Below, one piece after another: positions 9,889 to 20,853 of a stretch of 50,450 nucleotides of DNA. How positions within the stretch are numbered: the stretch's first letter is position 1; every line of letters starts with the position of its first letter. This DNA is from Candidatus Sumerlaeales bacterium (GTDB taxonomy: Bacteria; Sumerlaeota; Sumerlaeia; Sumerlaeales; Sumerlaeaceae): positions 1 through 50,450 of the forward strand of contig JBBSQY010000021.1 in assembly GCA_038243585.1 (NCBI GenBank). The letters are read 5' to 3'. The notes below the pieces were generated by a model, which ran no database searches, was not told where the DNA came from, and saw only the letters and a list, made by a program, of their open reading frames with translations. Made by a program: the position numbers and the translations under genes.

Positions 9889-11163
9889 TTACAGAACTCC
9901 CTGCTGCTCACCTGTTGTGGTGGTTGTATCCAAGCCGGTTGGTTGCGGCGAGGCTGCCTCACCAGCAGTCGTGTCAGCGTCTTGATTTTGCATTACTGAA
10001 CTACTCGTAACATTAGTATTGTCTTGCGGAGTCTGTATGTCTGAAGAATTAGGAGCTGTCTGGAGCGCCTGAGAATCGCTTGTAATCCTGACATCACCTG
10101 ATGGTTCGCTGGATGTTATAGACGCATTATTCAGTGCGGTGGTGGACGCCTGATCTTCAGGCGACATAACCACCCCTCCGTTGGCATCTGCGGCAGCGGT
10201 ATTTTTGGCCGACCCTGTGTCTTGCCCAGCCGGAAGAGTTTTTATGTACGCAATTAAAGCGTTTACCTGGTCTTGCGAAACCACGCCGTTAAATGAAGGC
10301 ATAATCGGCTGGTACCCGAAGACAACCTTTGCCTGAGAGTTGAGAATGGACTCTCTTAGATAATTGTCATCAGCTGTTACCACGTTGCCGCCCTGTAGCT
10401 GGACCTTATGGCCATACAAACCGTTGAGCAATGGCCCCCGTGACCCTGTGTCGCCTGTATGACAGGTATTGCAGGCAAGACTGGTGAACAATGCCTCGCC
10501 AACCTTTTCAGGCGGATCACCGGTAAAACCACCAAGCCATTTTTGGTAATCCGCAAGCTCCATAACCACGACTTTACCAACCATCTGAGAATGGCTGGTG
10601 CCGCAGTATTGGTTACAGAACAAGTGGTAAACGCCTACGCGATTTGGGGTAAAGTTCAGATAGCTAAATCGTCCTGGAAGAACATCCTGCTTCAAACGAA
10701 ACGCCGGGATAAAGACGGAATGCAATACGTCTTCGGAAGCCATCTTCAGCCTGATGGGTGTATTAACTGGAAGATGCAAGTCCTGTATCTCACGCCTACC
10801 GTTCTTGTGTTGAAACTTCCACATCCACTGCTTACCGGTAGTGAGAATTTCAAGAGCGTTAGGGTCTTGAGTCGTCTGCAGGAAAAATACATGAGAACCC
10901 CAGAAGAACATTCCGATAACAATGAAAAATGGGATAATGGTCCATGTAAGTTCCAGGACAAGAGACGTGCCCATGCGCGGTGGCCTGGGAACCCCGGGGC
11001 GTCGACGATACTTGACCGAAAAGTAAACAATTACGCCGGGGATAACAATGCATAGAAATGCCGTCAGCGCCACCATGCTGATATACAATAAGTCAACATC
11101 GGCGGCAACCGTGGATGCCTGCACCGGGAATATTTCAAAATCGCTGGGAACCTGTGGATTCAT
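9889..11163 (-). CDS. ctaC: cytochrome c oxidase subunit II with fused cytochrome c (caa3) and a long low-complexity C-terminal tail
   Basis: LELTWT, KQWMW, DVLHS, CuA motif [12 protein letters not shown], heme motif CNTCH and distal Met in 'QPIMPSF'. Confidence 0.95.
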   Translation of the reverse strand: MNPQVPSDFEIFPVQASTVAADVDLLYISMVALTAFLCIVIPGVIVYFSVKYRRRPGVPRPPRMGTSLVLELTWTIIPFFIVIGMFFWGSHVFFLQTTQDPNALEILTTGKQWMWKFQHKNGRREIQDLHLPVNTPIRLKMASEDVLHSVFIPAFRLKQDVLPGRFSYLNFTPNRVGVYHLFCNQYCGTSHSQMVGKVVVMELADYQKWLGGFTGDPPEKVGEALFTSLACNTCHTGDTGSRGPLLNGLYGHKVQLQGGNVVTADDNYLRESILNSQAKVVFGYQPIMPSFNGVVSQDQVNALIAYIKTLPAGQDTGSAKNTAAADANGGVVMSPEDQASTTALNNASITSSEPSGDVRITSDSQALQTAPNSSDIQTPQDNTNVTSSSVMQNQDADTTAGEAASPQPTGLDTTTTTGEQQGVL

Positions 11164-11187
11164 GATCGCCTTTTGCTTTGCTGCCTT

Positions 11188-12051
11188 TTACGTGTTATTT
11201 GTTGTGTGTTCTACTCGGTAATCGCGACGCAACATGATAAACATGAACGTCCCTAAAGCGAACAGCGTAAGTAGCCCGCCCACTTGTATCAACCGCATTA
11301 CTAACATACTATACTTGCCGAGGGTTGCATCATAGTGGTAGCAGAGCAATAGAATTTTCTCCACCGGTCCGCCAATTTTCCCGTCGGATGCTTCTGTAAG
11401 TCCAAGTCGCATATCCTTAGGACTATATTCAATCCCAAAAAAGTATCGAGATACTTTTCCTTCTGGAGTTAAAAGAAAAACCACACTGGCATGCGCGAAT
11501 TGCTGCTGCTTTTCATCCCATGCATAACGGAAACCAACGGAATCCGTAACCTGTTTGATATTATCTTCTGTACCGGTAAGCCAATGCCAATGTTCTTCTG
11601 CGCCGACTTGGTCATAGTCTTTAAGGTAATTCGTTTTCTTTTCAAGAGCCAGTTCCGGTGTTTCTCGCGGATCGAAACTGAGCGTAACAATCTCAAATTC
11701 TTTCCCAGGCAACATCGGGACGTCTTTTAACATTTTCAAGCTTCGGGTCAGGCCATTGAGTACCTGCCCACAAAGCATTGGACATCCGTAATAAACCAGA
11801 TTCAAAATAATTGGTCGTTCACCGGCATAATCGGCCAGTGTTATTTCTTTTCCGTTTTCATCTAAAAACGGCACATCCATCGGAACTTGGTTATCCAACT
11901 TTTGATCGACACCGATTTCTCTAAAGATCGCGGGTTGATCAGTTGCCTGTCGCTCGCCTGGATTAGGGGGCGGCCTGTATTGCCCCTGAGAGGGAGCAGC
12001 CACTACCATAATCGTGGTAAGAATCAAGCATACTTTATAATACAACGTCAT
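11188..12051 (-). CDS. SCO-family copper chaperone
   Basis: YYGCPMLC (CxxxC), WHWLTG, FAHAS and a C-terminal TM helix. Start moved to ATG 12051, which overlaps the upstream stop (ATGA). Confidence 0.88.
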   Translation of the reverse strand: MTLYYKVCLILTTIMVVAAPSQGQYRPPPNPGERQATDQPAIFREIGVDQKLDNQVPMDVPFLDENGKEITLADYAGERPIILNLVYYGCPMLCGQVLNGLTRSLKMLKDVPMLPGKEFEIVTLSFDPRETPELALEKKTNYLKDYDQVGAEEHWHWLTGTEDNIKQVTDSVGFRYAWDEKQQQFAHASVVFLLTPEGKVSRYFFGIEYSPKDMRLGLTEASDGKIGGPVEKILLLCYHYDATLGKYSMLVMRLIQVGGLLTLFALGTFMFIMLRRDYRVEHTTNNT

Positions 12052-12578
12052 TTGCCGGAGTTTCCGTGATAGCCTTCCGCTTGGAGGTTCCATGATGTCC
12101 TTCCGCTACTACTGTCCTGTGGAAGACTAGCACCGTCGTCGCGAACCGTAGCAGTTGTCTCCGGGGCTTGTTTCCGGGTGGGTAGCGATCCTGATGTTAA
12201 AACTTTCTTAATTGCATCGTCAATGGGAATTCGAACAACGCCGGCGTCACGGCTTATCCATGAATATGAGGTAAGCGCTTTATTTTCCTGGGCAAGAAAA
12301 ACCTTCATCCCTGCAGCTGGATTTAGTTGCAAAACAGGTCCAGGAATCTGCTGAACGACCTGACCTTCAGCCAGCAAGGGTGACCGTCTGGCCATAGCTT
12401 CTTCGGTTCGAACCTTAGTAAAATAATCAAAATAACCCCAGACCGCAAAAGCCGTCAACACTACGAGGAAGGCAATAACAAACATCCACACGCCAATTTG
12501 CGTAAAGCTTGCATCTGACTTCTCGAAACGGTCCTGACCTGCATCCTGGTAGCTGTTATCGTTTTTAATGTCCGCCAC
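12048..12578 (-). CDS. alternative complex III subunit ActG-like single-pass membrane protein
   Basis: One TM helix, 'PGPVLQ' and 'YSWI...GVVRIPIDDAI'; lies between actF and SCO. Confidence 0.7.
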   Translation of the reverse strand: MADIKNDNSYQDAGQDRFEKSDASFTQIGVWMFVIAFLVVLTAFAVWGYFDYFTKVRTEEAMARRSPLLAEGQVVQQIPGPVLQLNPAAGMKVFLAQENKALTSYSWISRDAGVVRIPIDDAIKKVLTSGSLPTRKQAPETTATVRDDGASLPQDSSSGRTSWNLQAEGYHGNSGK

Positions 12579-13794
12579 GGAAATTTAGCGCCTCCTGAAG
12601 ATAAGGTTCGTTGATTGGAAGAAGCGGACGCTGAACCAGCAGCCGGAAGAACAGGAAAAGCCAAATTCCTCCAACACCAATGACAGCGATGGCGGCTACA
12701 AGAATTGAAAGAATATCAAGATGTCCTTCGTATGTCGGAGCCTGATGCGCAGAGGGCAGAATAAGGTAACACAGATCAAGAAAACGAAGGAAAATGATAA
12801 AAGCAGCAACCTTTACGAGAACGTTAAGATTCTTTTTAACACCGCGATTTAGCAAAAGTAGAAACGGCGCGAAAAAGTGAAACGCTATTAGTCCCGCGCC
12901 AATCCAGCCCCACCCTCCTGTCATACGGCGCAGGTAGTATGGAACTTCTTCCGCCAGATTTGCTGACCATATGATAAGAAACTGAGAAAAGTTAACGTAA
13001 GCCCAGAACATTGTGGCTGCGAGCAGGAAGTTACCAAGATCATGCACATGGCCGCTGTTAAGACGCTCTCTCATGGGACTAAACCTTACCAGCAATACCA
13101 TAACCGAGACTACAAAAGCCATACTTCCCAGCGCCTGCCCCGTCATTACAACAGGGCCATACATCGTTGAGAAGAAGTGCGGTTCAAGTGAAAGTAGCCA
13201 GTCTATGGCGGCAAAAGTCATTGTCATAAAGAATATGACAAGTCCCGGCCCGCTTATTCGCTTCATGGAAATTGTTGTTTTCGGATCAACAGCATTATCT
13301 TGTCTGCTGGAGATCGCAGACAAGCGGTAGGCAAGAAAACCCCAAATAATCGCGTAAATAACCAAGCGTATCAAGAAACCCGTTTGATTCAAATAAGGTG
13401 CTTTCTGGCTTAGTACAGGGTCAAGTTTAACGACATCTGTGTGTGTCCACTCATAAATCTGGTGCATTCCAAATAGGATTGGAATGATGAACAGAAGGGA
13501 CCAAACCATCATTTTCGCACCGGTTTCCAGCACACGGCGGATCATTACGCCCCAGGCACCACCACTGAGGTGATGAACCATCAGCCAAAACAAACATCCA
13601 GCGGCCATATTAAACCAGAAAATAAACCCTACTAAATAGGAACGCAGGAAGAGCCCCGTATGGTTTTCGCTATTCCAGTTCAAGCCAAGAATTATTGCAG
13701 TAATAATAAGCCCAATAATTCCGGTTAACAGTGACATTTTCGGCCAGTTGCCTAGGTCGGCCGTAGTGATTTTCAAACCTGTTAGACTTCTCAT
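12565..13794 (-). CDS. actF: alternative complex III membrane subunit ActF
   Basis: Polytopic; HHLSGGAW, AAIDW..SLEPHFFST, HDLG, FWAYVNFSQFLIIWSANL.EE. Confidence 0.9.
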   Translation of the reverse strand: MRSLTGLKITTADLGNWPKMSLLTGIIGLIITAIILGLNWNSENHTGLFLRSYLVGFIFWFNMAAGCLFWLMVHHLSGGAWGVMIRRVLETGAKMMVWSLLFIIPILFGMHQIYEWTHTDVVKLDPVLSQKAPYLNQTGFLIRLVIYAIIWGFLAYRLSAISSRQDNAVDPKTTISMKRISGPGLVIFFMTMTFAAIDWLLSLEPHFFSTMYGPVVMTGQALGSMAFVVSVMVLLVRFSPMRERLNSGHVHDLGNFLLAATMFWAYVNFSQFLIIWSANLAEEVPYYLRRMTGGWGWIGAGLIAFHFFAPFLLLLNRGVKKNLNVLVKVAAFIIFLRFLDLCYLILPSAHQAPTYEGHLDILSILVAAIAVIGVGGIWLFLFFRLLVQRPLLPINEPYLQEALNFRGGH

Positions 13795-14516
13795 AGTGCG
13801 CCCTCTGCTTCAACGGAGCTGGCGCCTTCAGCGCTTCCATCAGCGGAACTTATATTACTGACAGCGGTGGCTGTAGATAATTGATTTGCCTGCATAAGTT
13901 TAGTAAGTTCAGATTCAGGAACATCTGCAATGGTGCCGCGACCAGCTGCCTGTAAGGCGCGAACATAGGCAACAATAGCCCATCGATCCCGTACTGGCAG
14001 CTGCTGATTGTAGCTGTACATACGACCGTATCCGTTTGTAATAACGTCGTAAATGTGCCCAACAGACGCAGTAACCAGCCGATCGTCCATATAAGACGGA
14101 GGCCGGCTAACGCCACGCTGAACTATCATTCCATTGCCGTCGCCAAGCTTGCTGTGACAAGGGGCGCAATAAATATTAAATCGATTTTCACCGCGTTCCA
14201 TTATTTCCTGAGTAATAGTCATGGGAAACTCTTCGACCAGCTTACCTGCAACCTTGCCCGTGTGCAGTGCGTCATCTTCTTTCAGATCGCCGCGAGAAAC
14301 AGTGTTTGGCTCAAGTGGTCGCGACGCACGATTGTCATCAAAGAGTTGATTTTCTTCAAGTGGCTGATAATAAGGCTGAATGCCCATTTCCTGCTGACAT
14401 CCAACAATGGTCAGCCCAGACAGCGCAGTAATTAAAGCGACAGTGGCTTTCCGATAAATGCTTGTTGATACCAAAGCGGTTCTTTCTGTGATAGGCAAGT
14501 CAGGGCGCAACTTCAC
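13791..14516 (-). CDS. actE: alternative complex III monoheme cytochrome c lipoprotein ActE
   Basis: Lipobox IVGC, CAPCH, NGYGRM and DRWAIVAYVRALQ. Exact start uncertain. Confidence 0.9.
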   Translation of the reverse strand: MKLRPDLPITERTALVSTSIYRKATVALITALSGLTIVGCQQEMGIQPYYQPLEENQLFDDNRASRPLEPNTVSRGDLKEDDALHTGKVAGKLVEEFPMTITQEIMERGENRFNIYCAPCHSKLGDGNGMIVQRGVSRPPSYMDDRLVTASVGHIYDVITNGYGRMYSYNQQLPVRDRWAIVAYVRALQAAGRGTIADVPESELTKLMQANQLSTATAVSNISSADGSAEGASSVEAEGAL

Positions 14517-15072
14517 TCACCTCTACTGGATTCAAACTTTTTAGAAATGCCATAGTTTCGGTTCGGTCAAACTTCGGGTCGGACTCTTCAATGCACAAGA
14601 AGAAGCCAACAGAGCTGGCCTTACTGAAGCTTGGTACGTTAAAAACCGGGTGGTAATGTTTCGGGAAGCCGTTCATGGTTAGCATTGCCAGGCCCGCTGT
14701 AAACGCAGAAAACAGAATCGTCATCTCGAAGGTAATAGGAATAAACATCGGCCACGAATTCAGGGGACGCCCGCCGATGTTTAGCGGGTAATGGATTACA
14801 GAAGCGAACCACTGCATAAAAAAGCCAGCGCAGCCACCAGTAATACCTGCACCTAGTATTATCCAGGGAAGGATTGATCGTTTAATCCCTAAAGCATGAT
14901 CAATCTCCGGTATTGGAAACGGACTAAATGCGTCTGTTTTGGTAAACCCGGCGTTATTTACAACCTCAGCTGCATCCACTAGGGCTTGAGCTGATTCGAA
15001 TTCCGCGAGGTAACCGTACAGATCTGTATCGGGAACGCCATGAGGGTGGGTATATGAAGCGGCAGAACTCAT
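14500..15072 (-). CDS. actD: alternative complex III subunit ActD (DUF3341)
   Basis: LAEF, DAFSPFP, YPLNIGGRP.NSWP.FIPITFE and two TM helices. Confidence 0.9.
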   Translation of the reverse strand: MSSAASYTHPHGVPDTDLYGYLAEFESAQALVDAAEVVNNAGFTKTDAFSPFPIPEIDHALGIKRSILPWIILGAGITGGCAGFFMQWFASVIHYPLNIGGRPLNSWPMFIPITFEMTILFSAFTAGLAMLTMNGFPKHYHPVFNVPSFSKASSVGFFLCIEESDPKFDRTETMAFLKSLNPVEVSEVAP

Positions 15073-16493
15073 TAGTGGGTATGCTCCTCCTTAACCTTAA
15101 CCTTGGCATCTGGTAGCAGAGTGCGGAGTTCAAAAATTGACATTGCTGGCAGAAAGCGGATAAACAATAGCGTGAAAACCATAAATTGTCCCATTGTTCC
15201 GATGAAGAGCATTATGTCCCACCGGGTTGGGGAGTAAAGCGCCCACGACGATGGCAGAAAATCCCTGTGAAGACTTACGACAATGATTACAAAGCGCTCA
15301 AACCACATTCCAATATTGATAGATGTCGAGATGATTAGGAGCAGCCAGATATTAGTTCTGATCTTGTTAAACCAGAGCAACTGAGGAATGAGGATGTTTG
15401 TTAAGATCAATATCCAATAAGACCACCAGTACGGGCCAAGAGATCGGTTAACCATCATGTATTTTTCCCAGGTATTACCGCTATACCATGCATAGAAAAC
15501 TTCGCAGAAGTAACCGTAGGCCACAACTAGGCCTGCCAAAAGCATAACCTTTGCCATGTTTTGGAGGTGACGGTCAGTAAAGTACGCGTGAAGACCGTAA
15601 ATAGCACGAACAGGGATAAGCAAGGTGAGCACCATTGCGAAACCTGCGTAAATAGCGCCCGCAACGAAGTATGGCGGGAAAATGGTAGTATGCCAGCCGG
15701 GTACCTGACCAACTGCGAAGTCGAAGCTAACCGTGGTATGAACTGACAGAACCAAAGGTGTGGATACGCCTGCAAGAATAAGGTAAGCGATTTCATATCG
15801 GTGCCAATGACGAGCGCTGCCGCGCCACCCCAGAGCGAAGAAGCCATATAAGGCGCGTCCCACTCCGTTTTTTACGCGGTCGCGTAGGCTGGCTAAATCT
15901 GGGATCAAGCCGATATACCAGAACAGCAGCGATACGGATCCGTACGTGGATACCGCAAACACATCCCAGTCGAGCGGGCTACGAAACTGAGGCCACATAC
16001 GCAAAGTGTTTGGGTACGGGACCAGCCAATACGCAAACCACGGACGCCCGGTATGTAGCAAGGGAAACAGGCCGGCCGAAGCAACGGCGAAAAGAGTCAT
16101 CGCCTCTGCAAATCGATTGATAGACGTACGCCACTTCTGGCGGAACAATAACAAAATAGCAGAAATCAGTGTTCCGGCGTGGCCGATACCGATCCACCAT
16201 ACGAAGTTAATAATTCCGAAAGCCCAAGCTACCGGAATGTTATTTCCCCAAGTACCGATACCCCAATATAGTAACCAGGCGATGGAAAACATCATCATGA
16301 ACCAAATCGCGCCTGCAATCATGAAGCCGAAAATCCAACCCTTCTGGGTCTTCCGGCGCAGCACTACATCCGCAATTCGTGAGGTTACTGATTCATAAGT
16401 CTCACCTGGGAGAACCATAGGAGCCGGCGCATACGGCGCGTAAGCCCGAGCTGCCTCGGACTGCGATTCATTGGCTGGGTCGTTTGTTGACAT
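15072..16493 (-). CDS. actC: alternative complex III quinol-binding NrfD-family subunit ActC
   Basis: [71 protein letters not shown] and MWFERF. Confidence 0.95.
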   Translation of the reverse strand: MSTNDPANESQSEAARAYAPYAPAPMVLPGETYESVTSRIADVVLRRKTQKGWIFGFMIAGAIWFMMMFSIAWLLYWGIGTWGNNIPVAWAFGIINFVWWIGIGHAGTLISAILLLFRQKWRTSINRFAEAMTLFAVASAGLFPLLHTGRPWFAYWLVPYPNTLRMWPQFRSPLDWDVFAVSTYGSVSLLFWYIGLIPDLASLRDRVKNGVGRALYGFFALGWRGSARHWHRYEIAYLILAGVSTPLVLSVHTTVSFDFAVGQVPGWHTTIFPPYFVAGAIYAGFAMVLTLLIPVRAIYGLHAYFTDRHLQNMAKVMLLAGLVVAYGYFCEVFYAWYSGNTWEKYMMVNRSLGPYWWSYWILILTNILIPQLLWFNKIRTNIWLLLIISTSINIGMWFERFVIIVVSLHRDFLPSSWALYSPTRWDIMLFIGTMGQFMVFTLLFIRFLPAMSIFELRTLLPDAKVKVKEEHTH

Positions 16494-16498
16494 CTTCC

Positions 16499-19400
16499 TC
16501 AGGCTTCCTCAATTTCGGAGTTCGGGTTGTTGATCGCTGCCAGATAAGTCGTACGCGGCTTGGTGTTCAAGTCACTCAACATTCCGTAGTTTAGCGTTCC
16601 CGCTTTAAGCTTTGCTACGCGGCTACCAGGATCATTGATGTTGCCGAAAACAATCGCATCAGTTGGACACGTTGCTTCACAGGCCACAACAATTTCCCCA
16701 TCGCGTATATGGCGTCCATCATTCTCGGCTTCGATACGCGCGGAATTAATACGCTGGATACAATAAGTGCATTTTTCCATTACGCCGCGAGAACGAACTG
16801 TTACGTCAGGATTGCTGACCATTCCGGCCAACGGACTTTCAAAAACATTTTTAGTGTAGTAAAACCAGTTAAAACGACGCACTTTATACGGACAATTGTT
16901 TGAGCAGAAGCGTGTGCCAACGCAACGGTTGTACACCATTTCGTTAACGCCTTCTTCACTATGTGCTGTAGCGGCAACGGGACATACCACTTCGCACGGT
17001 GCGTTCTCGCAATGCATACACGGCAGCGGCTGATTTGTTACCGTTGGAGCGTCGATATCGCCGGAGTAGTACTGGTCGATGCGGATCCAATGCATTTCAC
17101 GCTGATTCCGGACGTCCTTTTTGCCGACCACTGGTATGTTGTTTTCCGCCTGGCATGCAGTGACGCATGCATTGCAGCCGTTACACACACTTTGGTCAAT
17201 GGTCATACCCCAGGCGTAGCCCTTGGAATAGTCCCAAGCACCTTCATACATATCAGTCTTCTCAGGAGGCAAATGACCGCTGGGCCACAAGGCACCCGCA
17301 TAAGACGGGGTTGAGTGGTGATCATCATGATCGGTTCCGACGGCATGAGCGTCATGGGCCTGATGTTCAAGGCCCTGTTCAAACTTTCTAAGATCCTGTA
17401 TTGTGCCGCGACGCACCAAGCCGCGCTTAGAAATCTGCGCATTCTCACCTTGAGCAATAGGCTCAAATAACTTTCCGACAAGCGGAATGTCTTTGGCTGG
17501 GTCAACGCCGTTGTGATCAATACTAAAATGCAGCTGCGTGCAGGATAGTTGATAGGTTTTGCCAGGAACAGTCTTAATGGCTACCGGTGCGCCAACACGC
17601 GGCGCATTACTATTCCACAATTTGTAGATGTTCATGCCACGCGGCAGAGTTCCAATGGTAGACGGAACGCCTACCATTGTTCCGTGAGGGGTAAATATAG
17701 TTTCTTCGTGCTCCATGCCGACACGGCCACTTCGCGTGCGACCATAACCAAGATGCACAGTGACGCAATCGGCCGCGTGCCCCATTACCACAAACACAGG
17801 TCCTTGCAACGCCACACCATTGGCGGTCAGCTCCACCACATCTTCGTTTTTCACTTTAAGTTTGCGAGCTGTAGCCATGCTCATGTAGATAGCGTTGTCC
17901 CACGTAACTTTAGAAAATGGCTTTGGTAATTCCTGTAGCCAGGCATTGTTTGCGTAACGACCATCCTGAACGGTTGGGTCGAGTCGGATAATTAACTCCA
18001 GGTCGCTCCCAACTACAGTCGAGACAGGAAACGCAGACGCATCCGTTTTGGCAGTAACCGGTCGGGCGTTTGATGAGGTATTAACAATAAACCCATCATG
18101 AATACCGCGTCGCCAAGCTTTGTCGAAATTGTCTTCGCCAAGCCGCTTTTTCCAGTACTCCTGCACCATAGTAAAAGCAGTCTTGCCTGATTCGCTGGTG
18201 AGGGCCTGTAGCATTTCAAGGGTAGTAACGGTATTATACAACGGAGCGATTAACGGTTGAACTATTGATACGGTTCCGTCTGCGCTGCGGATGTCGCCCC
18301 ATGTTTCAAGATAATGAGGAGCAGGGATGTGCCACTGGCAGAGTTCGGCGGTTTCATCAAAGCTTATACTGTGAGCGACACGCCATTTGACCTTCTTAAG
18401 TGCTTCGCCGAAGTTTAGATCGCCCGGCGCCGTGTAGACCGGATTGGTACCCATGACAACAAGCGCCTTAATTTTGCCAGCGTTCATTGCCGTTACCAGT
18501 TCCCGCAAGTCCGCAAGCTGATTGGACGGCTGAGCCTCGACAGGGTCCATGTATACGACAGTTGAACCTACGGCGCCAATGGCACCGTTTATAGCGTGAG
18601 CCAAGGCGTGAACTGTGGGTGAAGCATCTTCACCGGCAATAACAACGGCGCGACCGGATGCACCTTTAAGGTCAGCGCTCACGGCTTTTAAGAACTCATC
18701 GTATGCGGCAGGAGCCGGATTTGTTTCGAGGGTGGCTGCCGCAACACCTAAATTCGCAGCCAGATCGCGGGCAAAAGCCTCAACGAGGGACGGCTTTAAC
18801 TGTAGACGATGATCGGCCAGCGTTCCAGTGTTAGTAGGCGTTGACTCAATCGTATACATGCGATTAATCTGAGCTTCAGCTGATGTCACTTTTCGCCTAG
18901 CAGAGAAAGCCTTTGCGTAGCGAACAGCACCGGGCCCCTCCACCATGAAATCAGAGTTCAACGAAACGATTACGTCCGCGTTCTCTAGCTGGTAGCGGGA
19001 ATCGACATACTCCCCAAAAGCCAGTTTGGCTCCTTCGCGAACGTTCTCGCGACTAGCTGGATCATACTGAACCCAACGAAGAGATGGATATCTCGCCTGA
19101 ATTCGCTCAATAATTGCTGCCATCGTGGGCGACGTGACTGAATCGGTCAGTAGCGCCAGACCTTCTCCGCCGGCATCCAGTTCCGACAGGCGCAGATTCA
19201 ATTCGGCAACGAAATCCGTCCAGTCGCGCGGTTCCTGCAAAAAGGTTACCAGCTGAGCACGGTCAGGGTCATACATATCAAGAACGCTTGCCTGCACGTG
19301 AGAGAGGGCAGCGCCTTTACTGTCAGGGTGATCTGGATTACCCTCGATTTTTGTAGGGCGACCTTCATGGCTTTCCACAAGAACTGGATAGCCATATCCC

Positions 19401-19738
19401 ATAAATGGCATAGAAGTGGCAAAGAAGAGGGGCTTGCCAAGAACCATTTGCTCGGGCTGATTTGTATAAGGGAGAATCTTTTCCCGGGGTTTTGAAAAGC
19501 CAGTGCATCCAGCCATGCCAGACAACGCCAGGGATGCGCCCATTACCTTTAAAAAATTTCGGCGGGTGACGGGGTCAATCCACTTTTCCTCCTGCGACGG
19601 GAACTCTTCCCGCATTTTCTGCTGGAATTCCGGCGTGTCGGCCAGCTCTTCCAAACTGCGCCAAGATGTCGGGGCAGCTCCGGATAGTTGTTTTTCGCGG
19701 ATTATATCAAGATTAGTCATGGAATTGTTCGTGCTCAT
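16499..19738 (-). CDS. actB: alternative complex III subunit ActB (molybdopterin-oxidoreductase-like domain fused to an Fe-S domain)
   Basis: WRSLEEL, Tat motif TRRNFLK with lipobox [18 protein letters not shown], and ferredoxin motifs [33 protein letters not shown] and CTYC. Start moved to ATG 19738 (ATGA overlap with the actA stop). Confidence 0.95.
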   Translation of the reverse strand: MSTNNSMTNLDIIREKQLSGAAPTSWRSLEELADTPEFQQKMREEFPSQEEKWIDPVTRRNFLKVMGASLALSGMAGCTGFSKPREKILPYTNQPEQMVLGKPLFFATSMPFMGYGYPVLVESHEGRPTKIEGNPDHPDSKGAALSHVQASVLDMYDPDRAQLVTFLQEPRDWTDFVAELNLRLSELDAGGEGLALLTDSVTSPTMAAIIERIQARYPSLRWVQYDPASRENVREGAKLAFGEYVDSRYQLENADVIVSLNSDFMVEGPGAVRYAKAFSARRKVTSAEAQINRMYTIESTPTNTGTLADHRLQLKPSLVEAFARDLAANLGVAAATLETNPAPAAYDEFLKAVSADLKGASGRAVVIAGEDASPTVHALAHAINGAIGAVGSTVVYMDPVEAQPSNQLADLRELVTAMNAGKIKALVVMGTNPVYTAPGDLNFGEALKKVKWRVAHSISFDETAELCQWHIPAPHYLETWGDIRSADGTVSIVQPLIAPLYNTVTTLEMLQALTSESGKTAFTMVQEYWKKRLGEDNFDKAWRRGIHDGFIVNTSSNARPVTAKTDASAFPVSTVVGSDLELIIRLDPTVQDGRYANNAWLQELPKPFSKVTWDNAIYMSMATARKLKVKNEDVVELTANGVALQGPVFVVMGHAADCVTVHLGYGRTRSGRVGMEHEETIFTPHGTMVGVPSTIGTLPRGMNIYKLWNSNAPRVGAPVAIKTVPGKTYQLSCTQLHFSIDHNGVDPAKDIPLVGKLFEPIAQGENAQISKRGLVRRGTIQDLRKFEQGLEHQAHDAHAVGTDHDDHHSTPSYAGALWPSGHLPPEKTDMYEGAWDYSKGYAWGMTIDQSVCNGCNACVTACQAENNIPVVGKKDVRNQREMHWIRIDQYYSGDIDAPTVTNQPLPCMHCENAPCEVVCPVAATAHSEEGVNEMVYNRCVGTRFCSNNCPYKVRRFNWFYYTKNVFESPLAGMVSNPDVTVRSRGVMEKCTYCIQRINSARIEAENDGRHIRDGEIVVACEATCPTDAIVFGNINDPGSRVAKLKAGTLNYGMLSDLNTKPRTTYLAAINNPNSEIEEA

Positions 19739-20412
19739 CGGTGACAGGTTGAGCAATTGATTTTGCTCTTAATGTGATAGTGTTCAGCCAGCTCTGTTTG
19801 AGTCATCTGCTTGCCATCAACTTCCGTTGTTTGGTCGAGCGAGGTAGGATGCTCATAAGCCATATTAGTAATCTGATCTTTCGGGCGAACATGTTCCGTG
19901 GGATTAAAGTGACACTGCAAACACCATGACATGTGAAGGCTTTCAGCCTGATACATCAAAGCCATTTGATCGACTCTGCCATGGCACTCGGCACACCCAA
20001 TGCCCTTATTAACGTGCGCGCTGTGATTGAAGTATACGAAATCCGAGAGATTATGAACGCGAACCCATTCGATGGGTTTGTCAGTCTTCCAGCTCTCGCG
20101 CACAGGCTCCAGCATTGCCTCTTCGGTGTACATCTGCGAGTGACAGGTCATGCAGACCTTGGTCGGAGGCACAGTGGCGTGTGAAGAACGCTCAACGCCG
20201 AAGTGACAATAACGACAATCAAGCCCGAGGCCAGATACGTGGTGCTCGTGCGTAAACTGCACAGGCTGCACCACGTGGTTACCTTCCCCGGTCACGTTGC
20301 CGGATTGATACCACATAAACGCGGCAGAAAAAGCCGCGCTGGCCAGAAGAAGAACCGCAACGAGAGCAGTCTTAACCTGGTAATTTATATTTTTATGAAA
20401 TATTTGAGGCAA
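19735..20412 (-). CDS. actA: alternative complex III pentaheme cytochrome c ActA
   Basis: MPQIF N-terminus (TTG start), one TM helix, and five CxxCH motifs (CRYCH, CMTCH, CAECH, CLQCH, CSTCH). Confidence 0.93.
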   Translation of the reverse strand: MPQIFHKNINYQVKTALVAVLLLASAAFSAAFMWYQSGNVTGEGNHVVQPVQFTHEHHVSGLGLDCRYCHFGVERSSHATVPPTKVCMTCHSQMYTEEAMLEPVRESWKTDKPIEWVRVHNLSDFVYFNHSAHVNKGIGCAECHGRVDQMALMYQAESLHMSWCLQCHFNPTEHVRPKDQITNMAYEHPTSLDQTTEVDGKQMTQTELAEHYHIKSKINCSTCHR

Positions 20413-20493
20413 AGTTGCAGCCTGGCTCCCTAAGGGAATTTTGTAATGTTCTGACGTATTTGGCGTCAGAGTTTCTGCAATGCAAGTAAAAGT

Positions 20494-20511
20494 TTGAGAA
20501 AATTTTCACAA
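20494..20511. promoter_or_regulatory. putative Rex operator upstream of the act-cta operon
   Basis: TTGAGAA-AATT-TTCACAA has one mismatch to TTGTGAA-N4-TTCACAA and lies inside the larger palindrome AGTTTGAGAAAATTTTCACAAACT (20491-20514). Confidence 0.6.
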
Positions 20512-20853
20512 ACTCTTTCTGAACGAAAGAGCCAATACCCGCGCTCGCCGTTCAGCATTCCGTTAATTCAAAGAAAGATTTCTTCAATACTAATTATTTT
20601 TATTTGGCAGCTTTGGCGGGTTGATTGCAACAGAAAAGAAAGGAATTCCGCGTTTAGTCCAATGAACGCTTAAGCTTGGCAAAATCAATTAGTAATACTT
20701 AAAGTTTAACTAAAATGTTTCGCCTGTTATCCTCTTCAAAATAGTACTAAGTTGGTGCAGTATCTTCATGATAAATTTATAAACCTAAGCTGCTACACCG
20801 ATATATTTCTCGCGTATGAAACTTCATCCGCCAACCTACCGTCTCACACCCTC

